Below, piece after piece: positions 30,898 to 40,306 of a stretch of DNA of 64,000 nucleotides. Under the pieces are notes generated by a model. It saw only the letters and a program-made list of their open reading frames with translations. It was not told the DNA's origin and made no database searches. Position numbers and translations under genes: made by a program. Position 1 is the first letter of the stretch. Each line of letters opens with the position of its first letter. The DNA is from a virus, in the IMG/VR virus record IMGVR_UViG_3300023276_000008, positions 20,952 through 84,951 of that record; one strand, written 5' to 3'.

Positions 30898-31613
30898 ATT
30901 TGGATATTTGTTCTTGTTTTGTACGCTGCAACTAGATTTGCGCAGTCTAAAAGACTATCAAACGTACCAACGTCGAACCACATCCTATCATCCACGTTCA
31001 CAATGTCAACCTTTTCTTTCGTAGACATGGCGTTAATCACATCGACAATCTCAACCTCACCTCGTTCAGATGGGAGGACGTTTTTTGCGATTTCAACACA
31101 GCTATTTGTGAATGAATATAGACCAACTACAGCCTGTGTAGATATAAATTCTTGAGGCTTCTCAACTACACAATCTAATGTCCCATCGTCGCTAAATTTA
31201 GCAACCCCATATCGATTTGGATCATTGACGGAGTATGTATATATAGTATTAGCCTGTAGATCGAATTCATTCTGCAAAAAGATGTTATCGCCCAATATTA
31301 GAGTCACGTCATCATCCCCAATGAATGTTTCTCCAATGATAAATGCTTCAGCTAGACCCTTTGGATCTTGTTGTAGCGCATATTCGAGTTTAACACCCCA
31401 TTTATCCCCATTACCAAGATATTCTTTAAGCATTGGCAACCCATCTAAGGATGAGATGATTAGAATCTCAGTAATTCCTGATTTAATGAGTGTTTGTAGA
31501 GGATAATAGATGATTGGTCTATCGTATAGAGGTAATAGTTGTTTAACTATACCGAATTCTGTTAATGGGTAAAGCCTAGTTGCTTTACCTCCTGCTAAAA
31601 TGATTCCTTTCAT
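30894..31613 (-). CDS. rmlA: glucose-1-phosphate thymidylyltransferase
   Basis: MKGIILAGGKATRLYPLT...KQLLPLYD.P.IYYPL..L, Q..PKGLAEAFIIG, LILGDNIF, EKP, SERGEVEI, WFDVGT. Confidence 0.93.
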   Translation of the reverse strand: MKGIILAGGKATRLYPLTEFGIVKQLLPLYDRPIIYYPLQTLIKSGITEILIISSLDGLPMLKEYLGNGDKWGVKLEYALQQDPKGLAEAFIIGETFIGDDDVTLILGDNIFLQNEFDLQANTIYTYSVNDPNRYGVAKFSDDGTLDCVVEKPQEFISTQAVVGLYSFTNSCVEIAKNVLPSERGEVEIVDVINAMSTKEKVDIVNVDDRMWFDVGTFDSLLDCANLVAAYKTRTNIQI

Positions 31614-31614
31614 A

Positions 31615-32439
31615 TTATTTGCTCAGTAGGTCTAAAAGTGCGTCCTTTTCTGATCGTAAAGGATATACTGTGAGTGCTTTAATGTTGTTCAGTTGACAAT
31701 TACTACGAGGTGCAACTATATCAAGGTCTGATAAAGGTACGAATTTCCAGTTTGGGTTATTATACCCACACTCCTGCATGATATCAACTACTGACGATGT
31801 ATATAAAGGGTCGCCATTGACTACATTATAAATATCTTGTCCGTTTGGAATCATTTCTTTATCAATTAAGGTCTTTATGAATAAAGAAACATCTTCTGTA
31901 CTACTCTTGGAGTTTTTATAATCAATTAGGTTGTCATATTTGTGTATTTTGGTCAAATATGATCTCTCATCCCCCACTTTACTAAATGGCATCCGTAACC
32001 GCAATATAAAAAGCTTATTGCGTCTAGTTACAAGCTCAAACATGTGTTTTGACTTGGAATATGTTGATGATTGGTCATATATACCGAAATCTGGTTTATC
32101 CTCTTCGGTATATACTCGTCCATATCCACTATAAATGCATCCAGAACTCAAATGAATTAGTGTCACACCAACCTCATCACATACATCTGCTACCATTTTG
32201 GGTGATACCACATTCAGATACATACACTCATCCACTTTATGTTCAGCTTCATCTACATTTGGTCTACCTGTAAACCCGCTACAGTTTATTACATGGGTGT
32301 ATTGACCCACATATAATAAATTTTGGAGCACTTTGGGGCAATGGTAATTATATGCCGAACTGCTAATTATTCTAGCTTCTGGTATATATTGCTTGATTTC
32401 ATTAGCCATATACCCATTTCCAAGTATAATTACTTTCAT
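31615..32439 (-). CDS. NDP-4-keto-6-deoxyglucose epimerase/reductase (RmlD-like, NRS/ER type)
   Basis: ILGNGYMA, GFTGRPNVD..E, SSGCIY, YSKSK, LRLRMP, APRSNC.L. Confidence 0.85.
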   Translation of the reverse strand: MKVIILGNGYMANEIKQYIPEARIISSSAYNYHCPKVLQNLLYVGQYTHVINCSGFTGRPNVDEAEHKVDECMYLNVVSPKMVADVCDEVGVTLIHLSSGCIYSGYGRVYTEEDKPDFGIYDQSSTYSKSKHMFELVTRRNKLFILRLRMPFSKVGDERSYLTKIHKYDNLIDYKNSKSSTEDVSLFIKTLIDKEMIPNGQDIYNVVNGDPLYTSSVVDIMQECGYNNPNWKFVPLSDLDIVAPRSNCQLNNIKALTVYPLRSEKDALLDLLSK

Positions 32440-32660
32440 TATCCAGCCTCCTCTTCGAGTGATTCAACGTGATATTCAATAATATCTTGTAATTCTTGTA
32501 ATTCTTCCTCCTCTAGTAGAGTAGTTACCACTTCTTTAAAATTTTCAAAACTTTGTGAGATGTTATCATCCTCATAATCTAGAATTTTATCATATAATAC
32601 GTCAATTGCTTGATATATACTATTTTTAATTTTTGCTATTTCTTTAATTTCTTTCGACAT
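32439..32660 (-). CDS. small acidic hypothetical protein
   Basis: MSKEIKE...; stop coupled to the RmlD-like start. Confidence 0.55.
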   Translation of the reverse strand: MSKEIKEIAKIKNSIYQAIDVLYDKILDYEDDNISQSFENFKEVVTTLLEEEELQELQDIIEYHVESLEEEAG

Positions 32661-32706
32661 GACTAAATATTTGATAGTATATAGTATATCAAACCACACA
32701 AATCCA

Positions 32707-33033
32707 ATGAAAACTTTCAAAAAATTTATATTAGAATATCGCGCTAATCTAGAAGACGGCACTCCCAAACCATCAGTTCAAGTACATAATGGAAAAAATC
32801 CCAATAGGATGAATAAAAAGAAGCTTCATACAGTTGGGGATTATCAGCCTGTGAATGGAGATGCCCATAAAGTGGGTAAGATGCTAACTGGTGCAGAATT
32901 AGACAACCTATTAACTGATCATGGATTTGATTTTATCGATGGAGAGACTCATGGTATTAATAATTCGGGAAATGCTCTATATATGTACTCAGTAAATGGA
33001 CAAAAGATCGGTAAGATCGTTGATAATAAGTAA
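32707..33033 (+). CDS. hypothetical protein with T4 internal-protein-like leader
   Basis: Starts MKTFKKFILE. Confidence 0.65.
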   Translation: MKTFKKFILEYRANLEDGTPKPSVQVHNGKNPNRMNKKKLHTVGDYQPVNGDAHKVGKMLTGAELDNLLTDHGFDFIDGETHGINNSGNALYMYSVNGQKIGKIVDNK

Positions 33034-33041
33034 ATATTAAT

Positions 33042-33947
33042 ATGGATAACCACTGCCCAACGACACCACTTTCTTGTTTAGAACCTAGTAATATTTTTGC
33101 AGGTGTTTATAAAAAGGAATGTTCAAATTTTGCAAATCCAAATAATTTTCAAGCAGAAAGATCTATTTTCAATAGCTTAATTAATGAGAAAATTAACAAT
33201 TTTGGTATAGATATAGACTATTATGTACACACATACAATTTATCAAGTGCTGATAACTTCTATGGAGAAGACCTAGATGCTCCATATTATGGACCTATTT
33301 CTCTTCGTGTTGAGAAGGATTATACATTCTCAGGAGTCCCATTAGGTATTCATGGGTTTGATTCAAATGACGAAATTACTTTTTATGTGACGTTTGATAC
33401 CTTTGAGGAGGCATTTGGCGACCATAGGGTTCATGAAGAGAGTGGGCAACGAATTGAGCCGAAGGCAGATGATATGTTCATCATCAAAACTTGGGGATGT
33501 GATAGACCTAATGGTAGAACTGCTAAGAAATTTGTGGTTACTGAGGCTATAGATGAAGATCCAGAGGATTTGAATGTATTGATGGGGCACTATGTTTGGA
33601 AAGTGACTGCTCGACGTTATGACTACTCCTACGAAGCTAATATTCCAGCTAGTGATGACAAATACCAAGTTTATGATAATACATTCTCAGGAGTATTAAC
33701 TAGCGATATATCTATAAAGGGTCCATTGGAAGGATTAGTAGATAGTGAAGGAGATTTATTGATCGGGTTTGGTGGGGAGACTTTAGTTACCCAAACTACT
33801 AGTCAACAATTATCTTCTGACGACAAACCATATGATTATGATGTGGATGTCGAGGTTGAGGATGAGATATATGATCAGAGTATTAATGATCAACGAATCT
33901 ACGGAAACACTGACCAAGATTCATCTCCTTATGGAGACTACTACTAG
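33042..33947 (+). CDS. gp14: neck protein
   Basis: E.......LINE.I..FG.D..YY...D.FYGED...GF.S.DEITFYV....F...P...D......F.V.......YVWKVTARRYDYS.E. Confidence 0.8.
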   Translation: MDNHCPTTPLSCLEPSNIFAGVYKKECSNFANPNNFQAERSIFNSLINEKINNFGIDIDYYVHTYNLSSADNFYGEDLDAPYYGPISLRVEKDYTFSGVPLGIHGFDSNDEITFYVTFDTFEEAFGDHRVHEESGQRIEPKADDMFIIKTWGCDRPNGRTAKKFVVTEAIDEDPEDLNVLMGHYVWKVTARRYDYSYEANIPASDDKYQVYDNTFSGVLTSDISIKGPLEGLVDSEGDLLIGFGGETLVTQTTSQQLSSDDKPYDYDVDVEVEDEIYDQSINDQRIYGNTDQDSSPYGDYY

Positions 33948-33964
33948 TAGTTATTCATTTTTAT

Positions 33965-34018
33965 ATTTAACAAAAAAAAAGCGTGATCTTAATCGATCAC
34001 GCTTTTTTTTTGTTAAAT
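33965..34018. terminator. bidirectional terminator (24-bp inverted repeat)
   Basis: atttaacaaaaaaaaagcgtgatc-ttaatc-gatcacgctttttttttgttaaat between convergent genes. Confidence 0.9.
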
Positions 34019-34031
34019 TGTGTGTGGATTA

Positions 34032-34517
34032 TTATGAGAAGAACTCTTGACCAGCCTTGAGCTTGCCAACTTTGTTCTGCTTACCGTTATCGATATTCTC
34101 TTTACCCTTTTCAGTACCAGTTTTATCAGTATACTTGCTATCTGCTGTGCGCTTCTTAGGCTTCACTTTGCCTTTAACTAGCATATCTTTATTCTTAGCA
34201 ACTACATCAGTGTCAGCAACTTCTTCTTCATCTTCTTCAAAATCAAGACCAAATTCATCACCTTCTTCTTCGCCACCTTCTTCACCGAATTCGTCTTCTG
34301 ATTCTTCTTCACCGCCAACAGCAGCTTGGATTACCTCAAGAAGTTTTTCAGCAGTAGCCTTATCAAGAGTGAGAGTAACCTCATCACCTTCTTCATCACC
34401 AAAGTCTTCACCTAAGTCGAAGTCATCACTATCTTCTACACCAAGTGCATCTAGTTCTTCTTCTTCTCCGAATGATTCTTTGAATACTTTTTTATAAATT
34501 GCGTTGAAACTATCCAT
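34032..34517 (-). CDS. highly acidic hypothetical protein (possible prohead core protein)
   Basis: Start MDSFNAIYKKVFKES after TAAATA-N5; E/D-rich middle, basic C-terminus. Confidence 0.65.
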   Translation of the reverse strand: MDSFNAIYKKVFKESFGEEEELDALGVEDSDDFDLGEDFGDEEGDEVTLTLDKATAEKLLEVIQAAVGGEEESEDEFGEEGGEEEGDEFGLDFEEDEEEVADTDVVAKNKDMLVKGKVKPKKRTADSKYTDKTGTEKGKENIDNGKQNKVGKLKAGQEFFS

Positions 34518-34600
34518 ACATCTATTTAGTATTATTGAAAATAAAATCAAGTTTTTGTAGAAATAATTTCACAATCACTCTCATTGGATTAAATAAAATT

Positions 34601-36829
34601 GTGAACAAAGTCGTATCATCATTTTCAGATCTACATCCAGTGCCTTTAAAGGATCATGGGAATTATACATTCAAACAATTCCAACGCTCTTATAGTGGTG
34701 GTTACTCTATGAATTTTGCCAACGCTTTATCTGGAGTTGTCGATAGCAAGACTAAGAATAGTTCCGAAGTTAATATCAGCAACTTCTATAAACTCACAGA
34801 TATAATTAATATCGACAACGATACAGCCAAACCTAGTATATATAAAACAACCTTATCTCTTGGTGATAAATATGTGAGATTTTATGAGATTGACCCCACC
34901 CCCTATATAATAAATGATATTAGTAGAGACGCACTATTATATGGAGCTATTGGATTATCGTTAGATGGTGATATAGACACATTGTTTGAAATTGAATATA
35001 TTGATGTTAATGTGGCAACTATATCATTCACTAACGGGTTGGGGGAGAGATTTTTACTTTGTTCAACCTCTGACATAAAGTTAGCCTTTGTGTTGGAAGA
35101 TGAATTAATATTAGATAATGTGATATTCCGCCCCCAACATTTCCTTTATAATTACAATCCGTTGGTGAATGGAATCACATTATCTAAACCCGATGATTAT
35201 GTGGTTATAGTTGAGGGAGATTCCCTTTTATTGAGACAATATGGTAGTGGCATGTCTCAGATTATAAAAAACAACACCTTTATACTTTCTAGAAATGTCA
35301 CCGACCAAAATACCTATCATAATATGAACTCATCATTCATCACATACACAGACAGTTCTCTGGCGACAGATGTAGATGGCATTGTATATGATAAGAGTAA
35401 TAATTTTGTTATACATAGATCATTGGAAGACGATAGGGCTTCCATTGTGTTCGCTAAAAATAGGTTAGATGAGAATGGGACATCCTTCACCTTCCAAACC
35501 TCAGATAGTTTCACAAATAATTTGAATGGAGACAATCTAAACAATCATAGGGTATATTCTGCCATATTTCAGGACATAGATACTAAGGAAGATGATACCC
35601 TCAATCTTGGGTATGTGACATATGATCGTGCATACCCCATCAAAACTGGTTATACCCCATTCAGGACACCAACATCAATGTATCCCTATACATCGATTGA
35701 CATCAACGACACCTCATTCTCAAAGACTGGAGCATTCTATAGTGATAGTCCTATATATGCAGATAAGATAAGAACTGATATAGTTCCTACCGAAGACGGT
35801 TACCAATATGCATGTACTTGGCTCAGTGGCAACTTTGTGGATGATGCTGTGTGGGTAGATAGATATTATTATCCTAATTACATTCAGAAGGAAGAAGCTA
35901 TTTCACTCAACAGCGCATTACTAGTAACGTATAATGAGTATGTTGAAGATTTAATCAGAAATAACTCCAACTTCAGAGATGAGATTATCAAATCCACTAT
36001 TTTTGACAAGAGGAGTGATATGAATATATTACCAGACACTGAATATGTATATGATAGACTAACTTTATTGGACGAAGATATTCATCCTGAATGTATTGAG
36101 CTATTAGACATGTATAAGGCAGTAAATAACTCTAATGCAATGTCAATGGATTTTACTTTCTATGGATCTAATGACGATTGGGTATTAAAGAGTGATAGGA
36201 ATGATATCGATGCAGGTATCACTATTACCAAGAGTGGAACTACTATCAAATTTGAGTATGTAGTTTATATAAGGACTTCTGGCACATATGATACTTATGT
36301 AGTGGAGGAATCATATGATCGCTTCTCTGATAATTTATTTGCATTTACGTTTAATAGTAAAAATGGTCTTGGTTATGTGGTACTCAATAACAAAATCATA
36401 CTTGAATTGAATCTGAATCCGTATAAATATGGACAGGATAGGTTATTGCAGGGGGATTTTCTATTCGATGGCGAATTCTTCACAGGTAGTAATGATTATA
36501 TCAAAACCTTCATCCTCGAAGATAAATCTATCACAAAATCAAGAATATCTATACTGTCATACATAAGAGGAATCACGGCTGCTAACGATATGTCTATATA
36601 TATACCTTGTGGACAAGTAAATATGACTGATTCAGTTGGACAACTACACACTCTATGTGGTAATAAGGGTAGTAAGAGTGATAATATTACAATTGGTGTT
36701 GGCAATCTTCATATTGAAAACAATGAAAGTCTGACAAACGCCATCTCTGGTGTTATTATTAACACATTTGCCGACAACACACCTCTAAACTCCTCTCTCA
36801 ATAACATTACATTCAACAATTACGATTAA
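34601..36829 (+). CDS. large virion structural protein
   Basis: In-frame GTG start 5 nt after TAAATA; beta-rich, possible lectin-like C-terminal segment. Confidence 0.6.
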   Translation: MNKVVSSFSDLHPVPLKDHGNYTFKQFQRSYSGGYSMNFANALSGVVDSKTKNSSEVNISNFYKLTDIINIDNDTAKPSIYKTTLSLGDKYVRFYEIDPTPYIINDISRDALLYGAIGLSLDGDIDTLFEIEYIDVNVATISFTNGLGERFLLCSTSDIKLAFVLEDELILDNVIFRPQHFLYNYNPLVNGITLSKPDDYVVIVEGDSLLLRQYGSGMSQIIKNNTFILSRNVTDQNTYHNMNSSFITYTDSSLATDVDGIVYDKSNNFVIHRSLEDDRASIVFAKNRLDENGTSFTFQTSDSFTNNLNGDNLNNHRVYSAIFQDIDTKEDDTLNLGYVTYDRAYPIKTGYTPFRTPTSMYPYTSIDINDTSFSKTGAFYSDSPIYADKIRTDIVPTEDGYQYACTWLSGNFVDDAVWVDRYYYPNYIQKEEAISLNSALLVTYNEYVEDLIRNNSNFRDEIIKSTIFDKRSDMNILPDTEYVYDRLTLLDEDIHPECIELLDMYKAVNNSNAMSMDFTFYGSNDDWVLKSDRNDIDAGITITKSGTTIKFEYVVYIRTSGTYDTYVVEESYDRFSDNLFAFTFNSKNGLGYVVLNNKIILELNLNPYKYGQDRLLQGDFLFDGEFFTGSNDYIKTFILEDKSITKSRISILSYIRGITAANDMSIYIPCGQVNMTDSVGQLHTLCGNKGSKSDNITIGVGNLHIENNESLTNAISGVIINTFADNTPLNSSLNNITFNNYD

Positions 36830-36832
36830 CCG

Positions 36833-38488
36833 ATGAATATATACTTTAAATACACAGCGGGGGAGTCTTTTACCCTAAATTCCGAAGATTATGTTGGATA
36901 TTTCCACGTAATTGATGGAATAGCTTATACAGGTAGGGGGAATGATGTAAATTCGTCAACTCTCACCCCAAAACAGACATTTTTGACCGAATTTTACCTA
37001 AAGGAGTTGGATTTTAGTTATGATAGTGATAATTTACCTATTTTGGAGTATATTCCTATATCTAGAATGGATATTATGGATGAGTCTAAGCTACTAGAAG
37101 TATTAGAGGTTCTAAACTATAATAATTTACAGATATATTCTTATTTGTTCCGACCCAGTATTCAGAATTTGGCAATGACTCCCACAAATACTTACTTTTA
37201 TGGAGTATCATCCAGTCCTGTAGATAGCAGAAATGATGATATTCCTACTGGTAAGAATACTTATACTCATATAGATCCGCTATCATACTATCCACCTCTT
37301 GACTTCTTAGATGATTGTAGACCTTTGAACCTATTAGTCAACGAAGACGAGACTTTCTACTACACTTGCGCATCAGACACTACACAATACTCTCTTACTG
37401 GGTCATTTGTAGATAAAGAGGAACCTTTAACGCTCGTTGATCAAGAAGATGATATTGTTTTGATCGATTCATTCTTTGATACAGAGTTTAATTATCTAAT
37501 TCTTCGAGATATCGACAAGATTAGTATATATGATTACACAGATTTTCATATTTGTCAAACTAAATTCTTGATTGACAGCTTCGATATGGACCCACAGATT
37601 CAATTATCGTTTGGTAATAGATATAGAGGCGAGATATTAGGTGATATACTCACAGTTAAACAAAAATATACCAACGTTATCACTCACCAATACAATTTAA
37701 GCAAATATAATATAGGTGAAGTAGTTGCGATGGACGTTAGATCATCAGATGATGCCATTATCATGGTGGACGATAGTGGACAATTCATATATTCCAACCT
37801 AGATACTTTTGAGGAGGAGTTAACTATACAGACTATCGATGATATTGACCCAGCCAGCATAGAATACATACAATTCTACACTCTAGACTCCAATATTTTC
37901 ACAATTAGGTTTGATGATGATATTAGATATAGATATATTAAGGATGTTGATGTTTATATACCTGTCCCTGTTCGCAATAAAACACTATATTACCTCGATG
38001 ACTACATATATAATGATGTTTTTGAGAAACATAACAAGATTCCGATTAAACACAACTCAAATAACATGTTGTCCAACACTTATACCAATAATGGCATCAT
38101 TGAAGTACCTAGAGGAGAGCATATTTATCGCATAACACATAACATTGGGCGTATTTATATGACTTCTGATGAATTAATAGCCGCAGTTGGTATAGTATCA
38201 GACTCAGTTTATAAGAAATACCTCTCAAAAATCTCTTGTGAGAAGTCATCTATAGGATTTTCCATCAATATGGAGGTTAAGAAGGTCATGGATGACGTAT
38301 TAACACTATATAAAACATGTGCAGCCATCCCACAATACTCTGAGGATGGATTCTCCCTCAAGGTAGTGCCTGAATTTGATGTTGATTTGCTTAATACTAA
38401 GTTGCACGAGAATGAGGGTATTAATGTTTCTACATTAGAACGAATATTTTATTCAATTTTCAGTTTACAGAAACAGTTTTTTGATTAA
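36833..38488 (+). CDS. virion structural protein (hypothetical)
   Basis: 551 aa; N-terminal YT.GE.F.L...DYVGYFH......YTG; in operon with tail-fibre-like genes. Confidence 0.6.
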   Translation: MNIYFKYTAGESFTLNSEDYVGYFHVIDGIAYTGRGNDVNSSTLTPKQTFLTEFYLKELDFSYDSDNLPILEYIPISRMDIMDESKLLEVLEVLNYNNLQIYSYLFRPSIQNLAMTPTNTYFYGVSSSPVDSRNDDIPTGKNTYTHIDPLSYYPPLDFLDDCRPLNLLVNEDETFYYTCASDTTQYSLTGSFVDKEEPLTLVDQEDDIVLIDSFFDTEFNYLILRDIDKISIYDYTDFHICQTKFLIDSFDMDPQIQLSFGNRYRGEILGDILTVKQKYTNVITHQYNLSKYNIGEVVAMDVRSSDDAIIMVDDSGQFIYSNLDTFEEELTIQTIDDIDPASIEYIQFYTLDSNIFTIRFDDDIRYRYIKDVDVYIPVPVRNKTLYYLDDYIYNDVFEKHNKIPIKHNSNNMLSNTYTNNGIIEVPRGEHIYRITHNIGRIYMTSDELIAAVGIVSDSVYKKYLSKISCEKSSIGFSINMEVKKVMDDVLTLYKTCAAIPQYSEDGFSLKVVPEFDVDLLNTKLHENEGINVSTLERIFYSIFSLQKQFFD

Positions 38489-38506
38489 ATACCTCTATAT
38501 ACTATT

Positions 38507-39172
38507 ATGACACCGAATCCACCAGAAGATAAATCAAATATAGGGTCTGAATCATTAACTGACCAGTTCATTGCAGACACCTATTATGGGGAACTGCATA
38601 CGAAGAACGTTCCTATAACAGGAGAGAGATTTCCGCATGTTTTTGATGGCTATGGAAACCAATCAAGTCTACAAATGGGCGTAAGTTCTATAAAGGTGAA
38701 TGGTTTAGAGTTTCCTCAAGCATTTATCGACATGTTATATCCAGTAGGTGCAATATATCTGTCTTCAGACGACATAAACCCAAGCAACCATATACCATAC
38801 ACCTCATGGGTGAGAGTTTCCCAAGGTAGATTTTTGGCTGGAGTTGGTAGTGCTATAGATGCAGACTCCAAATCACAGTCAATTGGATCTGGAGATGATA
38901 ATGTGGGAGTTTATAATCAGACGATGACTGTGGATGAGATGCCATCACATAGACATGACCCAGACACTGAGAAATCAGACTTCAAATACTTCGTAACATG
39001 GTATAAAGAGGGTCGTGTAGCCAGACAAGAGGCTGGTGGGGATGATAATAGCTCATATAGTTTCCCCGATAAACCTTTTTATACAGGTGGGATGACTCAA
39101 GAAGGTGGGGGTGAAGCACACAACAACCTCCCGCCAACATTTGGCATATATGTGTGGAAAAGAATAAATTAA
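38507..39172 (+). CDS. baseplate/tail-fibre protein with gp10 C-terminal-like domain
   Basis: LYPVGAIY.S....NP......SW.....GRFLAGVG...T..EMPSH.H...GG.EAHNNLPP...IYVWKR. Confidence 0.8.
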   Translation: MTPNPPEDKSNIGSESLTDQFIADTYYGELHTKNVPITGERFPHVFDGYGNQSSLQMGVSSIKVNGLEFPQAFIDMLYPVGAIYLSSDDINPSNHIPYTSWVRVSQGRFLAGVGSAIDADSKSQSIGSGDDNVGVYNQTMTVDEMPSHRHDPDTEKSDFKYFVTWYKEGRVARQEAGGDDNSSYSFPDKPFYTGGMTQEGGGEAHNNLPPTFGIYVWKRIN

Positions 39173-39175
39173 GAC

Positions 39176-40291
39176 ATGGCAGATATTAAAATAGCTAAAA
39201 TTAAGATAAGGAGAGGTCTAGATGCGGATAGAAAAACTGTAATTTTCGATCAAGGGGAACCTGTGTATTCGCAGGACACTGATAGATTATATATTGGAGA
39301 TGGTGTTAGTGCTGGAGGATTACATATTAGCAACAAAACTCACCCACCCATACTAAATGTGCAATCCTTAACAGCATTAAACGCAGAGAGGGGAGATATT
39401 TGTTATGCTGATGGGATCATTTATCAATTAACTGCTGCCGACTCACAAATATTTACAAATTGGTCCAACATATCCCCTAGGTTGGATGATAATACTGTCA
39501 TATATAATGGATCATCCACTATTAGTATTGCTCCTAGTGGTGTCGGATTAGCTCAGATAGATCCACTTTCATTTGATAGAGGAATTGAGCATATTGGAAC
39601 TAGTATTAGGTTAAAACATTCCACATCATTCAATTCCTCTTCAGCAAATACTCTCATGTTATCCGATGGTGGTGTTGATGAGATGCATTTAACCTCAACC
39701 ATAACTAATGGTGTTATTGTTGGTGGTGCTGGTGATAAAATAGAATTAAATTATGATTCTACATACTTTTTAGAGAACACTGCTGGAGAATTGACACTTG
39801 TGGATACTCCATCCTTCGGATATCCTGATATGGACCCAAATTTATATGGTGTTGGTTTCTATTTCAATAATGTAGCCGAAACAATCAACCATTACATCAA
39901 CGATGTCAAAGACACTGGATCTATTGTTAAGGATGGTAATTATAATATCGATTTAGAAACATTATATTTATCTTCAAACAATTCTGCTCCATTCTCTGAC
40001 ATATCTGTTGATGTGTATGGGCGTGTCTCTGGGTTAAGCACCTCAATTAATGACACTTTGAGTGCGTTAAGTGCCGCAGACTCCTCAACACACTTTAATG
40101 GAACTCCAAACCAGACTGTGGAAGGATATCCCATAACTGATCTCACTCAGGTAACAGGATTATCCTCAAATGGGGTCACAAGTGTCTCTGTGGAACTATC
40201 TAGTGCTGGATTTATCACATTTGATGGAGAAGTTGATGCCAAAAGCGGTAAAACTATCCCAAGATTCGCAATTCCTATATACACATTCTAA
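39176..40291 (+). CDS. tail fibre-like protein with Mtd N-terminal-type domain
   Basis: KIKIRRG.......IF..GEP.Y..DT.RLYIGDG..AGG. Confidence 0.7.
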   Translation: MADIKIAKIKIRRGLDADRKTVIFDQGEPVYSQDTDRLYIGDGVSAGGLHISNKTHPPILNVQSLTALNAERGDICYADGIIYQLTAADSQIFTNWSNISPRLDDNTVIYNGSSTISIAPSGVGLAQIDPLSFDRGIEHIGTSIRLKHSTSFNSSSANTLMLSDGGVDEMHLTSTITNGVIVGGAGDKIELNYDSTYFLENTAGELTLVDTPSFGYPDMDPNLYGVGFYFNNVAETINHYINDVKDTGSIVKDGNYNIDLETLYLSSNNSAPFSDISVDVYGRVSGLSTSINDTLSALSAADSSTHFNGTPNQTVEGYPITDLTQVTGLSSNGVTSVSVELSSAGFITFDGEVDAKSGKTIPRFAIPIYTF

Positions 40292-40306
40292 ATATAACTA
40301 CTAAAC

